From Squalus acanthias (lineage: Eukaryota), in the NCBI GenBank assembly GCA_030390025.1, contig CM059431.1:99078001-99142000 (forward strand): DNA of 64,000 nucleotides. Reading direction: 5' to 3'. The notes under the pieces are model-generated. The model ran no database searches. It was not told the origin of the DNA and saw only the letters and a list, made by a program, of their open reading frames with translations. Position numbers and translations under genes: made by a program. Of the stretch, positions 26,851-39,929 are shown piece by piece (within the stretch, counting starts at the first letter, position 1; each line of letters opens with the position of its first letter).

Positions 26851-28040
26851 CTGTGTCCTCTGGTCACCGACCCACTTACCAGAGGAAACTATTTCTCCCT
26901 ACTTGCTCTATCAAAACCCCTCATAATTTTGAACGCCACTATTAAATTTCCCCTTAACCCTCTCTGCTCTGAGGAGAACAATCCCAGCTTCTCCAATCTC
27001 TCCACATAACTGAAGTCCCTCATCCTTGGTATCATCCGGATAAATCTGCACTGCATCCTCTCTAGGGTCTTGGACATCCTAAAGTGTGGTGCCCAGAATT
27101 GTGCGCAATACTCCAGCTGAGGCCTACCCCAGTGAGTTGGAAAGGTTTAGTGTGACTTCCTTCTTTTTTGTGTTCAATGCCCCTATTTACAAAGCCAAGT
27201 ATCCCATACGCTTTCTTAACTGCCTTATCAACTTGCCCTGCCACCTCGAAAGATTTGGCCAGCATGCCTTATTCATTATAAACGACACCTTTGTAATTGA
27301 CGTCTATGGTAATGGAAACTAGCGAGCGCCATTTGCCCAGTACAGGGGGCTGTCTGTGATAAGCACGGGCGGTGTACGTGGTGGGGACTGCACATTGCTT
27401 TGAATTAATTGGATCAAACAACCGTATTAAGCAGCCAGCTGGCTCCACTGTGATACAACCCAAAGACTGTGTAATGTCAAAAAAAGGTGGCCAAAATTAA
27501 ACTTATATTTAGTATTAAATGTGGAAACCTAAAATATCTTTCTGTACTAAGAGCAGGAATCCATCAGAAGCAAGCTGAACACTGCTCTACCAACACTGCT
27601 GCATTATTTCTTTGCTCTCAATGTATAAACCAGCATTTAAATTGTGCCCGATTAAGAGCAGAGATTCACATGCAGCAAGCTAAGGCTCAACTACAGGAAC
27701 AAAGGTTTGGAACTTCACCCTTTCCCAGAAACAAGCAGTCAGAATGTTTCAGTGGGTAACTCTTCTCAGAAATAATTACTCTGCTTCAGGGGCATTTGCA
27801 AAGGATTTTCATCTCTCAAAATCAAACGCAGTAGCCCTATCTCATCAACCTTCTGGGGAGTGATGCTCTTTACAGGGAAATTCTAATCAGCTCATCGAAT
27901 CAAAGAAATTACAGCACCGAAGGAGGCCATTCAGCCCTTTAATTGGAGCTGTCGCCTCTGACCCCTTTCCCCTGCACTTTCCCCGTATCCTTTCATATTC
28001 TTGCTTGTCAAATATTGATCCAATTCCTCTTTAAATGATG

Positions 28041-28237
28041 GAAGTCGCACAACACCAGGTTATAGTCCAACAGCTTTATTGGAAATCACAAGCTTTCGGA
28101 GCTGCTGCCCCTTCGTCAGGTGAAGGAGCAGCGCTCCGAAAGCTTGTGATTTCAAATAAAGCTGTTGGACTATAACCTGGTGTTGTGCGACTTTTCACAT
28201 TTATCCACCCCAGTCCAACACCGGCATCTCCACATCA
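28041..28237. mobile_element. Miniature inverted Penelope terminal-repeat pair with 13-bp TSD
   Basis: 28041-28120 is the reverse complement of about 28122-28193; tctttaaatgatg at 28028-28040 and 28238-28250. Confidence 0.8.
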
Positions 28238-28436
28238 TCTTTAAATGATGTTTCAGTCTCTGCCTCACTTGCCCCTTGTGATAAAACAACCCCCTGTTCC
28301 AACAACCCTCTGGGTGAAACCATTTCTTCCAACGTCCTGTTTTATTCTCCCAGTGATAATGCTCGGTCTGATTTAAGAGTTTCTTCTGATAACCAGGAGT
28401 CATTAACTCCAGCGTAGGGTTTTATTTGCAATCAAG

Positions 28437-28935
28437 GCCTTGGAGAGGGTGCAGAGGAGATTTACTAGAATGGTACCTGGGATGTGGGACTTCAGTTACG
28501 TGGAGAGACTGGAGAAGCTGGGATTGTTCTCCTTAGAGCAGAGAAGGTTAAGGGGGAGATTTAATAGAGGTGTTCAAAACCATGAAGGGTTTTGATAGAG
28601 TAAATAAGGAGAAACTGTTTCCACTGGCAGGAGGGTCGGTAACCAAAGGACACAGATTTAATGTAATTGGCAAAATATCCAAAGGGTAAATGAGGAGAAT
28701 TTTTTTGACGCAGTGAGTTGTTGTGATCTGGAATGCGCTGCCTGAAAGGGCGGAGGAAGCAGATTCAATAGTAACTTTCAAAAGGGAATTGGATAAATAC
28801 TTGAAAAGGAAAAATTACGGGGCTACGGGGCAAGAGCAGGGGGAGCGGGACTAATTGGAGAGCTCTTTCAAAGAGCCAGCACAGGCACGATGGGCCGAAT
28901 TGCCTCCTAATGTGTGTGTGGTTCTATGATTCTAT
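28437..28935 (+). mobile_element. CR1 3' fragment
   Basis: Same subfamily as 5197-5695. Confidence 0.85.
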
Positions 28936-29392
28936 CATTAGTGAATATTCTGAATAACTGGGATGTGGACAACAGGGCTCCATTGTATCTACAGCTTTTG
29001 AAGACCTGCTTTGTGTTCAGTTTTCCGCACCCCTCAACCTGATTGGAATCACGCTCTGCTGAATTCCTTTCCCCTCTATCTATAAATCAGTTCCAATAAA
29101 AATTGAAATAAAATTAAAACATTCTGACCATAATCTAGCAAAGAATCATAGAAATTTACAGCACAGAAGGAGGCCATTCGGCCCATCGTGTCCGTGCCGG
29201 TTGAAAAAGAGCGATCCAGCCTAATCCCACTTTCCAGCTCTTGGTCCGTGGCCCTGTAGGTTACGGCACTTCAAGTGCGTATCCAAGTACTTTTTAAATG
29301 TGATGAGGGTTTCTGCCTCTACCACCCTTTCAGGCAGAGTTCCAGACCCCCACCACCCTCTGGGTGAAAAACATTCTCTTCAACTTCTCTCT

Positions 29393-29850
29393 GCTGTGGC
29401 TCAGTTGGTAGCACACTTGCCTCTGAGTCAGAAGGTTGTTGGTTCAAGTCCCACTCCAGGGACTTGAAGAACATAAAGCTAGGCTGACACTCCAGTGCAG
29501 TACTGAGGGAGTGCCGCACTGTCGGAGGTGCCGCCTTTCGGATGAGACTTTAAACCGAGGCCCCGTCTGCTCTCTCAGGTGGACATAAAAGATCCCATGG
29601 CACTATTTCGAAGAAGAGCAAGGGAGTTCTCCCCGGTGTCCTGGGGCCAATATTTATCCCTCAACCAACATAACAAAAACAGATTATCTGGTCATTATCA
29701 CATTGCTGTTTGTGGGAGCTTGCTGTGTGCAAATTGGCTGCCGCGTTTCCCACAATACAACAGTGACTCTACTTCATTGGCTGTAAAGCGCTTTGAGATG
29801 TTCGGTGGTCGTGAAAGGCGTTGTATAAATGCAAGTCTTTCTTTTTCTTT
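29393..29850 (+). mobile_element. Complete SINE family A, unexpanded (single repeat unit)
   Basis: tRNA head, one gtgcagtactgagggagtgccgcactgtcggagg unit, Deu-like body, tail. Confidence 0.85.
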
Positions 29851-30391
29851 TTTATAATCCTTCTACCAATTACTTTAAATCTGTGCCCCCTGGTTATTGA
29901 CCCTTCAGCTAAGGGAAATAGGTCCTTCCTATCCACTCTATCTAGGCGTCTCATAATTCTATACATCTCAATTAAATCTCTCCTCAGCCTCCTCTGTCCC
30001 AAAGAAAACAACTCCAGCCTCTCCAATCTTTCCTCATCGCTAAAAAAGGAAGAACACAGCGCAAAAAAAGCCAGATGTATTGTTAAATTTAAACTTTGTG
30101 AAGCTTTTTGCAAACAATCTCCATTTTAGTGTTAACATTATACCCGTCTGTATGTCTAACAAAAATGGGGATAGTTGCACTACCCATGAGCGCTGACAGC
30201 CGTACCTCAAACCTTTCTCTAAAATACTACTTAAATGTTAAAATTTAAAACATTCCTGCATTAACTGTGATTACGGAGTGTACTACGATTGATGGAGCTT
30301 GCATCGATAGCAAAACAGGTCCAACATTCCTGATTAAACTAGGCGGCAATATGTATTTCTACCACATATGGCAATTGGGTATCTCCCTTAC

Positions 30392-30482
30392 CTTGTCTCT
30401 GTACGGCAAAGAGAAGCAAGACGGCCAAGAGGAAACCGTCGCGAATTCTTATAAACCACATCGTTCTCCAAAAAGTAGTCAT
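30392..30482 (-). CDS. BTLA: Probable signal-peptide (leader) exon of the BTLA-like gene
   Basis: ATG at 30482 opens MTTFWRTMWFIRIRDGFLLAVLLLFAVQRQ followed by CAAG|gtaagg, a phase-1 donor. It joins in frame (G+GA=Gly) to the Ig exon at 3484. Lies in non-repetitive sequence; not in the ORF track. Confidence 0.7.
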
Positions 30483-30659
30483 TTACCCATTAAAACAAGC
30501 GCACTGGGACCAGGTGGAGAATCGAGCACTTCTCTCAATGATTATCACAAAGTGCTCAAGGCGTTCAAATGAAATCTTGTGAAACTACCAAGCCCTGGCA
30601 TTGTACCTGCCACACTGCGAGTAACATGTGAGTGAGCTGCTCTACGATTCATTCCCCTG

Positions 30660-30690
30660 CACCAGAAGTGACGTAACTCTGTGGTTAGTT
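30660..30690. promoter_or_regulatory. Candidate promoter motifs of the BTLA-like gene (CRE/ATF-like plus RUNX site)
   Basis: TGACGTAA (30669-30676) next to TGTGGTT (30680-30686), about 190 bp upstream of the leader ATG; short motifs only. Confidence 0.25.
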
Positions 30691-31177
30691 ATGCAGACAG
30701 ATGTGCTTTAGATTTTTCTGATAAAATTACATTTATAGTCAGGTTGTTTAGTCTGATTAAGATCTGTTTATTCATGAGCTGGCAAACTCTCCACCGGTCT
30801 CTGTCAGCCTATTTCTTTCTGACTTTCGAGAAAACTGATTTACATACTTCCATGATTGTTGGTGCTTTAATTTTTAATGTGTAATGTGTTGGTGCCCCCT
30901 CTAACTGAGCGCTAGTTACCCGCCTTCCCTCAATCCCTCCTTATCTCCTTCTTTCCTTCCCACCATTCCTCCTTTCTACCTTTCCTCCTTCCCTTATTCC
31001 CTGCGTCCCTCCTTTCCTCCTCTGAATGGCAGTTGGATTTCAATGTTAACAACAACAACTTGCATTTTTATAGCACCTTTAACATAGTAAAACATCCCAA
31101 TGGGTTTCACAGGAGCCGACTATTTCGGGCCATTCAAAATTGATACCAAGCCAAAGAAGGAGATATTAGGACAGGTA

Positions 31178-32135
31178 ACATAGGAAGAGGAGGAGGCCGT
31201 TCAGCCCTTCGAGCCTGTTCCGCCATTCAATGAAATCATGGCTGATCTGTAGCTTAACTCCATCCACCCGCCTTGGCTCCATATCCCTTTATACCCTTGT
31301 CTAGCAAAAATCTATCAATCTCAGATTTATAATTATTAATTGAGCCCCAGCATCTACTGCTTTTTGTGGGAGAGCGTTCCACACTTCCACCACCCTTTGT
31401 GTGAAGAAGTGTTTCCTAAACTCCTCTCCTGAACGGCCTGGCTCTGATTTTAAGGTTAAGTCCCCTTGTCCTAGACTCCCCCCAGCAGCGGAAAAAGTTT
31501 CTCTCTATCTCCCCCATCAGTTCCTTTCAAAAAGCTAAAAAAATCAATCAAATCACCCCTTTGCCTTCTATATTCCAGGGAATACAAGCCCAGTTAATGT
31601 AATCTCTCCTCATAATCTAACTCTTGCAGCCCTGGTAACATTCCGGTGAATCTGCGCTGCACTCCTTCCAAGGCTGATACATCCTTTTTCAGGTGTGGTG
31701 CCCAGAACTGCTCACAGTGCTCCAGGTGTGGTCTAACCAGGGCTTTGTACAGCTGCAGCAAAACCCACTCCCCTTTATATTCTAGCCCTCTCATTATAAA
31801 AGCCACTATTCCATCAGCCTTTCTGATCATTTGTTTGTACCTGACCACTACATTTAGTGATCAGTGTACATGGGCCCCTGAATCTCTTTGGACCTCCACT
31901 GTTCCTAGCTTTTCACCATTTAAATAATACTCGGATCTCTCCTTTTTTTGGTCCAAAATGGATGACATCACACTAACCTGCGTTGAAATCCATCTGCCAC
32001 AGTTTAACCCACTCACTCAATCTGTCAATGTCTCTTTGTAATTTTATGCTCCCATCTGCACTACTCACTATACCCCCAATCTTTGTGTCATCAGAAAAGT
32101 TGATATATGGCTCTCTATTGTGTTATCTAAGTCAT
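31178..32135 (-). mobile_element. Older CR1 LINE 3' fragment
   Basis: LYKALVRPHLEHCEQFWAP...LEGVQRRFT with frameshifts. Confidence 0.85.
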
Positions 32136-34000
32136 TAGTTCTCAAACTGACGTCCGCGCAAACGTTGCAGGGGGGTCCGGGAAACATCGACGAATTATCC
32201 GTTGGAGAAGATCTCTGAAAAATTGCAGACTGTAAAAATGAGCCAGTGAGGGTCGGGGAGGAGGCGGGACCAGAGTGCTTCATGTTCAGGTTCCTTCCAA
32301 TGACCTCATTGGTGTCTGTGGGAGGAGAGCGGGGATTGGCTGGATGGTAATGCGGCAAAGAGTGACTGAAAAATCGAAAAGTTTCGTCGGGGGTCGGTAA
32401 GTTTTAAAGTTCAACCAATGGTGGGGTGATGGAAATCGGGGATGCGCAAGAGGCCAGAATTGGAGGAGCGCAGAGATCTCAGAGGGTTGTGGGGCTGGAG
32501 GAGATCACAGAGATAGGGAAGGGGGGCGAGGCCATGGAGGGATTTGAACATGAGGATGAGAATTTTAAAATCGAGGCGTTGCTGGACCGGGAGCCAATGT
32601 AGGTCAGCGAGCACAGGGGGGGGTGATGGGTGAACGGGACTCGGAGCGAGTTAGGACATGGGGCAGTAGAGTTTTGGATGAGAACAATAAGAAAATCGAA
32701 AGATGAATTGTTTGGGAACTTTTTAACCTTTGACTTGACATGAAACCACCCAGACTGTTCACATAAACCGATTGAGGCAGATTCCCACCCGAGCCTGTGT
32801 CAAAGTGAAACCAAGATCATTTCACATGGAGGCAAAGTGTGTTCTGTAGCTGTCTGTAAGGTGATATTGCTTCCAATATCAAGTCTTCCCTTCAAATGAA
32901 ATGGCTGAAACTTTCCGAGGAAGCGTGTGAAAAAATAAAAGAGAATCACACCTCCTCACTCCTGCAATGAAAGTCGCTGGCAAAGCCAGCATTTATTGCC
33001 CATCCCTAGTTGCCCCTTGAGAAGGTGGTGGTGAGCCGCCTTCTTGAACCGCTGCAGTCCGTGTGGTGAAGGTGCTCCCACAGTGCTGTTAGGGAGGGAG
33101 TTCCAGGATTTTGACCCAGCGACGATGAAGGAACGGCCGATATATTTCCAAGTCAGGATGGTGTGTGACTTGGAGGGGAACTTGGAGGTGGTGGTGTTCC
33201 CATGCGCCTGCTGCCCTTGTCCTTCTAGTGTGTAGGACACTGTTACATTGCTGTCTTCTGGGCCATGAAGGTAACTTTTCCGAACTCGTGCTTCCATTGC
33301 TGAACGTGTGAATGTTGAATTAAGCACCACGGTTAATCTCTGTGCCCAAATTCCAGATACACAGTCTCATCTGGCAGAGCTCTGTAGTGGAGCGTGTGGT
33401 CATAAACTCTACTTTTTATATATCTGTGTCTGTGTGTTCACAGCCTTGCTGTGCTTGCTGTTCCAATGAAACCTCTCTCTTTTAAAACTCAGATAAGAAT
33501 CCCTATCTGATCAAATCTGACAAACTTATGAAGTTGTTGGAAATGTTAACATTTCGGCAGAGAATGTGGATCAACTGAGAGTCGTAATAAAGTGAAGTAG
33601 TTTTTGCAAAAGGATGCAATGATTTCAGAGATGAGATGATGTTAAGGATTCCTGTGGTCGTGCGTAATCCATTTGACAGTGAGAGACTTCAATACACCTG
33701 TGATCGCCTCTGCCCAGTTACAGATGTCATACAATTAGCTAGTTGCACATTACACCGATTCTAAACAAGCCGTGCTTTTTGTTTACAATCACCTCCTACA
33801 CATTTTCCACTCACCCTCCGCTAACAGTAGGGAAAGTTACACTGACACAATGCACATGTGTAACCACAAACTGTAACATCCAAATCACACGTTGTAAAGC
33901 TGGCGCTGAACGTAACATCATCCCTTTCCTCACCACACCCACACACATCCTCATGGAGGAGTGTCACACACACAAATACACAAAAATACACACATAAATA

Positions 34001-34550
34001 CCACACACACACACACAATTACACACACACACACACAATTACACACACTCACACACAATTACACACACTCACACACAATTACACACACTCACACACAATT
34101 ACACACACTCACACACAATTACACACACTCACACACAATTACACACACACACACACAATTACACACACACACACACAATTACACACACTCACACACAATT
34201 ACACACACACACACACAATTACACACACACACACACAATTACACACACTCACACACAATTACACACACACACACACAATTACACACACTCACACACAATT
34301 ACACACACTCACACACAATTACACACACACACACACAATTACACACACACACACACAATTACACACACACACACACAATTACACACACTCACACACAATT
34401 ACACACACTCACACACAATTACACACACACACACACAATTACACACACACACACACAATTACACACACTCACACACAATTACACACACACACACACAATT
34501 ACACACACTCACACACAATTACACACACTCACACACAATTACACACACAC
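34001..34550. repeat. CA-derived 20-bp minisatellite acacacac(a/t)cacacacaatt
   Basis: Exact 20-bp periodicity visible in the listing. Confidence 0.95.
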
Positions 34551-35058
34551 ATACATACTCATATACATTCACACATGCACACACACGCACATATATCATT
34601 ATTAATTAATCACGGCTAACACTTCATTGATTTATTCGAGAGGCTTATGTACTGAAGCAGTCAACTATTGAGTGAACACCTGTTTCTACCCGAAACACAC
34701 AGGGGAGAAATTCATTATCACCCAGGAATGGGCCCTAACTTTGGAAAAGTTTGCGATTTAGTGCCAGGCGCTAATGAATCTCGCTGCACGCAAAATTCAG
34801 TGTCATCGCTCAAAGAAAGGATGGGAGTGCTAAATCAAGCGCTAATGGCCTGGCTCAGTGACGTTACACTCAAAGCGCTGACCAATATCAGGTGTAGTCT
34901 AATCGCAAATCACCATTGCCACAGGTGCTTTCCAGTTCTTAAAGGGGAGGTTCATTGATGCTGCAGAACCTCATTCTCAACATTGCTGCCTGTGAACCTG
35001 TGTCAGCAAGCAGAAGCAGCCAAGTCCAAGGAGCCGGACAACTCAACCAGCTGTACTC

Positions 35059-35301
35059 ATGGCAGATCCACGCCCCAGGGAGAGAGCTCGCAGATTTTCG
35101 GACCAAGCATTGGAGGAGTTGGTGTCCGATGTGAAGAGATGGAGGACGATGCACTACCTGGCAAGTGGCAGGAGGCCCTCGCCGCAAGTTTTCTGTGCCA
35201 TGTGGCGGGAGGTTGCCCAGCATGTCTTGGGCAGCACTGTGGTCCACAGGACCCACACACAGTGCAGGAAGAAATTTAACAAACTCACTCGGGTGGTCAG
35301 A
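35059..35301 (+). pseudogene. Harbinger Myb/SANT-like DNA-binding protein, first exon
   Basis: MADPRPRERARRFSDQALEELV...MWREVA...RTHTQCRKKFNKL; degenerate donor AGA|gtgaat. Confidence 0.8.
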
Positions 35302-35679
35302 GTGAATCAATGCTTCAACAAATGCTACATACCACCATTTGAACCACAGTCTGCACACACTGCCCAAAGCACCACCCGCCCCCCCCCCCCCCAGCACCCA
35401 CCCACCAACAATCCCTACCTACTAACACTCACACCCAGATGGAGAGGCCTTTAGAAGAAGGGTGATGGCTGATGTAAGAAAACTACTCGGCACTTGGTCT
35501 AAGCATTAAACAAAGCTTTAATCAACTGTTTTTCAACATGGAGATCTAGTTGTGTCCTTCACTAGTTCCTGTTGAGGAATGTCCTAAGTAAGCTGGGCCC
35601 ATGCCCGAGTATTTATACTCTCCCTGGACAGCGCCACCAGCAGGCCGCCCAGTATTACTTCATACATGAATGACAAGAT

Positions 35680-36479
35680 TCATGTCAATGGCCATGCACA
35701 CCGAGATGATAGGTGCAATGGCAAGGGTGTACGAGAGCCTCTTGGCAATGGTAAGGAGCGTGGAGGAGTCCACCTCCAACATTGCACAGAGCTCTGCGCA
35801 CATCATGGAGCCCATCATTTCCACTTTGCAAAGGATGGTAGACTCCCAGAGAGACCGCGGTGACACAGATCTGAAGCCGCGTGTCATGGACGATCTGGCA
35901 GCTTCCATTGCAGCACAGGCGGAAGCGACGCAACGTCTTAGTGCTGTAATGCAGTCTATGGTTGGTGCCATTCAATCTCAGACTGCTCTCATGCAGTCTC
36001 AGCTTGATGCCACGCAAGCTCTGACTGCTGCCATCGTGGCTGGGTCTACTACCGTCGACCGGGGCTTTCACGGTGTCGCAGCAGACCAGCAATCTGTGCT
36101 GCAACAGATTGCTAGGGATGCTGAGGTGCTGCCCAGGGGGAGTGGCAGAAGGTCAGTGGAGCAGGAACCTGCTGTCCTCTCTCAGGAGGACAGCATTCCT
36201 GCTCCCACCACTGCCACTCCGCCATTGCCCTTGTCGCTGCCTGTCATCCAGCCAGCCCAGACTGCTGCCGCCCATGCTGAGGTGGTGCAGGCTACAGCCG
36301 GGTCTTCCAGGCCCAGAGCTGGTCGAGGGTGTCCTGCAAGGCCACCTGAAGTCTCTCGCCCGGACACTCAGCAGCCTTCCACCAGCCGTGCTGCAGCCAC
36401 TGGGCCAACACTTCATAGGAGCACTAGAGTAAGCAAAGGCACAGTAACGACAGGCACTAAGGGATTGCACAAGGGTTAA
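35680..36479 (+). pseudogene. Probable C-terminal exon of the Harbinger Myb/SANT protein
   Basis: Long open, helical then P/A/S/T-rich frame ending tail-to-tail with the transposase. Confidence 0.6.
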
Positions 36480-36647
36480 TAGTAAATATTGTTGTTGTAA
36501 GGATGTGTTCACTGATTATTGATAAATTTATCAATTCACTTCGGATAATTTTGTACTGTCTCTCATTTCAGCTGTGCACTGTGATATGGCCTGCGACAGG
36601 GATGGAATGATGGGGATGTGGTGAGCAACGGGGATCTGGGGTTTAAT

Positions 36648-39016
36648 TTACTGGCACCTTCCGGAAGGCCGATTGAGTGACTGCCTCCTCCCTCGCTCTT
36701 GTTCCTCCTCCTCTCCCCCTTTCTCCTCCTGAGGTGGTCCCACAATCCCTGGTGGCAAGGGCTGGGCCCTCATGATGGCCAAGTTGTGGAGCATGCAGAC
36801 CACCACGAAATGGGACACCCGCTCTATCGAGTACTGGAGGGCTCCTCCCGAGTGGTCAAGGCAGCGGAACTGTTGCTTGAGCAGCCCGATGGTCTGCTTG
36901 ATGATGTTCCTGATGGCAACATGGCTGTCATTATATGAGCGCTGAGCAGGAGTGTTGGGGTTGCGGAGGGGAGTCATGAGTCAGGTGGAGAGCGGATAGC
37001 CCTTGTCTCTGACCAGCCAGCCGCGAGCTTGATGTGGTGGCTGGAACAGAGCTGGCACACTGGTCTGGCGCAGGATGAAGGCATCGTGGCTGCTGCCAGG
37101 ATAGTGGGCAATCACATTGAGGATTCGCTGTGTGTGGTCGCACACCAACTGCATATTAAGTGAGTGGTAGCCTTTGTGGTTATGGAAGATGTCAGGATTG
37201 TTTGTAAGCTTCGCAAAATTCCCCAGAAACTCGTATAGAACCCTAAAAGAGGTGAATTTTGGATTTGTCATACGAATTTGGGATGATGGGACCTAAATGT
37301 AGTGATTTGAGGCAGAAACCTCAGTTTTGGACATTTTTAAAGATCAGGGAAGAAAACCCCTGAGGAAAATGACTTTTGGATATGACTATGGGGAAAAATA
37401 CCTTTCACAGACACAAGACAGGCTGCGAAGGGGTGTGGCGAGGCAGTGGACAGCTTTTGGTGTCAAGCTGTCTGGAATTTGTTTGCACTGCAATCCAGGC
37501 AGGAGGAAGAACCTCACCCAAAACCTCACAAACACATCCAAAATTGAATAATTCAAAAACCCTTTTGAAAATCCCCAGGCCCAGTCAAGAAACCCAAAAC
37601 ACGAGGACAATGCAAACTCCGATTAAACAACAGATCGACAGGATGGAGCTATCCTGAAACCACTTCACACATTTACAAAACCAGTTAACACGCTAGTAAA
37701 GTCGTTACTGTTAACGAGGTCTTACAATGACCAGGATTTGATTTGGTTTTGACAAGGCCACTTCAATTTAGTATAATTGAAGGCCCATCAAGCAGTTACA
37801 AGTTCGAGCTCTCCAGTAAAACAGTTCAAGTTCAACAGAATTGAAAGCCTGTGTTGAACAGAAGTCAGGGCTGCAGTTACAGAAGCAGGCAGAAGGCAGT
37901 TTCCACAGTTCTGCAAGAAGGCAGTTCCACAGCTCGGAAGAAGACAGTTTAAACAGAGGCAGAGTTACAGCAAGAAGTTAAACAAAGAAGGCCAACAGCT
38001 TCACAAGCAAACCGACACGCAAGAAGAAACCAGAGCGACTGCCTCAGTGACCATCGGACACCTCGCGGCAACAAGAGCCTCACGAAACCTTTTACTCAAA
38101 AGACTCTAAACCCTAACTCTAAGCTGTCAAGGATTCGTTTGGTGAGCATTATCCCTGGTTCTCCAGAGTCCAACCTAGCTAGTGAAGTGGATTGGGAGGG
38201 GTGAAGTATTCTTCAAATGTTATTTCCCTCGCTTGTACCGAAGTGTTCCCCACTTTTAGCGTGATAAGAGTGTTTGTGTTGTGTTTTACTTCCTTGAATA
38301 AAAGTCAAAGTTTTTTCATCAAAACCTGTTGTCTACTGCACCTTTGTTCACAACCCCCAAATAAGTCTAAGGTCTAGAACCAGGGGCGTGGGAGTGATTC
38401 GAACCGCTCACTGAGTCAGAGGTGAGGCTGACCCCTACCACACCACCCCCTACATGTTATGCGGTGCCCACAAAGCCACGTGGGTGCAGTCAATGGCGCC
38501 CTGCAGCATGGGGAAGCCTGCTATCCGGGCAAAGCCACTTGCACACTCGTCCTGCTTCTCTCTGGTGATGGGGAAGGAAATGTAATCCCTTCTACTGTAG
38601 AGAGCCTCTGTGACCTCCTGGATGCAGCGATGGACAGCGAACTGCGAGATGTTAGTTATATCTCCTGTTGCACACTGGAAGGATCCGCTGGCGAAGAAAT
38701 TGAGGGCGACGGTGACCTTTACTGCCACTGGGAGAGCTGTGGTCACCCTGATCTGAGGCTGGCGGTCTGGTTGCAGGAGGTGGCAGAGTTCTGTGACCAC
38801 ATCCTTCGTGAAGCAGAGCCTTCGAATGCACTGCTCCTCGCTTAATTGGAGGTTGGAGAAGTGCTCTCGGAGTACCCTCGGAGGGTAAGGCCTCCTGTTG
38901 AGAGCCCTGATGGCCCTCCTCCTCCCTCTGGCCACATGTTCCAGTCTTTCTTGCTGCCTCCGCTCCCTCCACCATAGATCCTGGAGGGCAAGGTTGACTG
39001 CCAGTACAGCCCCCAT
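36648..39016 (-). pseudogene. Harbinger (HARBI1-type) DDE transposase, split by an LTR and carrying a nonsense codon
   Basis: 39016-38455: ALNFFASGSFQ...GFPMLQGAIDCTHV. 37202-36648: NHKGYHSLNMQLVCD...YPGSSHDAFIL...DKGYP...GLLKQQFRCL...MLHNLA. TGA at 36981-36983. Confidence 0.9.
37203..38454 (+). mobile_element. Solo LTR (1252 bp)
   Basis: TGTAAG...CTACA termini, 4-bp TSD tgtt (37199-37202, 38455-38458), AATAAA near 38298; removal restores APHNNPDIF in the transposase. Confidence 0.85.
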
Positions 39017-39929
39017 TAATGTAAGGATGTGCAGCACTTTGTTGTGAGAATAAATGTAACTCATTTTTAGAAGCTGCAACACTCCGGAGACTAAACAACA
39101 TTTGAATGACTGAATTCAACTCTTGAACTATCTCAAACTGACAAGGAAGCAGTGAAACTGCACTAACCCGAGAGCTGCGACTCATTCCTCATGATCCCTT
39201 TAAGTAGCGCCCCTGGAGCCGGCTACCGCCTGCTTCACGCCTCCTCTCCCTGTCGCTGTCGGGGCAAGACGCTAAGGCAGGGGGCGATAATCAATTTGGC
39301 AGGTTGGGCGCCCAGTGAGCGTTGCACACTCACTGACATCACGATCTGCCTGGCGCTGAAGTCCCCGGCGCCATCTCGTAGCGGAGGCGCTACGGGGGGG
39401 GGGGGGGGTCGGCCGAATTTGGCGTGCGGCGCTGGATTCACCTCGTCATGGCGCTACTTCCTCAGCGCCCCGTTAGCACCCGCGCCAGGCGCTAACTGGA
39501 GGCACTAAGGTACCGAATTTCTCCCCCACAGTGTTTAACTTGCTGTAAGCAGCAAATTTGTAATAGACTATAAAAGTAATGAAAATGTTTAGTGTTTTTT
39601 AGCCAATTTTAACAAAAGCCCAATTTAAACATTGGTGCCTCGGGGAGTGTGGACTGTATCAAAGAGAATACCTTGCCCAACTTCCGATCTGTCAGAAAAG
39701 GAGCAGAGATTTTGCTGCCGTCAAGACGATTTTCTCCCTAAAATATATGATGGATCCACGATTCATAAATATATCGTTTTTAAAAACAGGTTCTGTGTTT
39801 ATTGAGATGGGTGACATACAGAAAGAACGTATAAACACCAGAGAGAGAAAAATAAAGAACGGAATCTTTTTGAAAACGGCAAGACTCAGTTCACCCTGAA
39901 TATCAAACTAGCCCGGAACTGGAAACAGA

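Larger units (their letters stand above)
34702..39527. mobile_element. Two-gene PIF/Harbinger DNA transposon (inactivated)
   Basis: TIRs ggggagaaattc / gaatttctcccc, 3-bp TSD aca/aca, convergent Myb/SANT and DDE transposase genes. Confidence 0.9.

Noticed and set aside
33961..34605. His/Thr-rich ORF
   Set aside because: Translation of the CA-derived 20-bp repeat.
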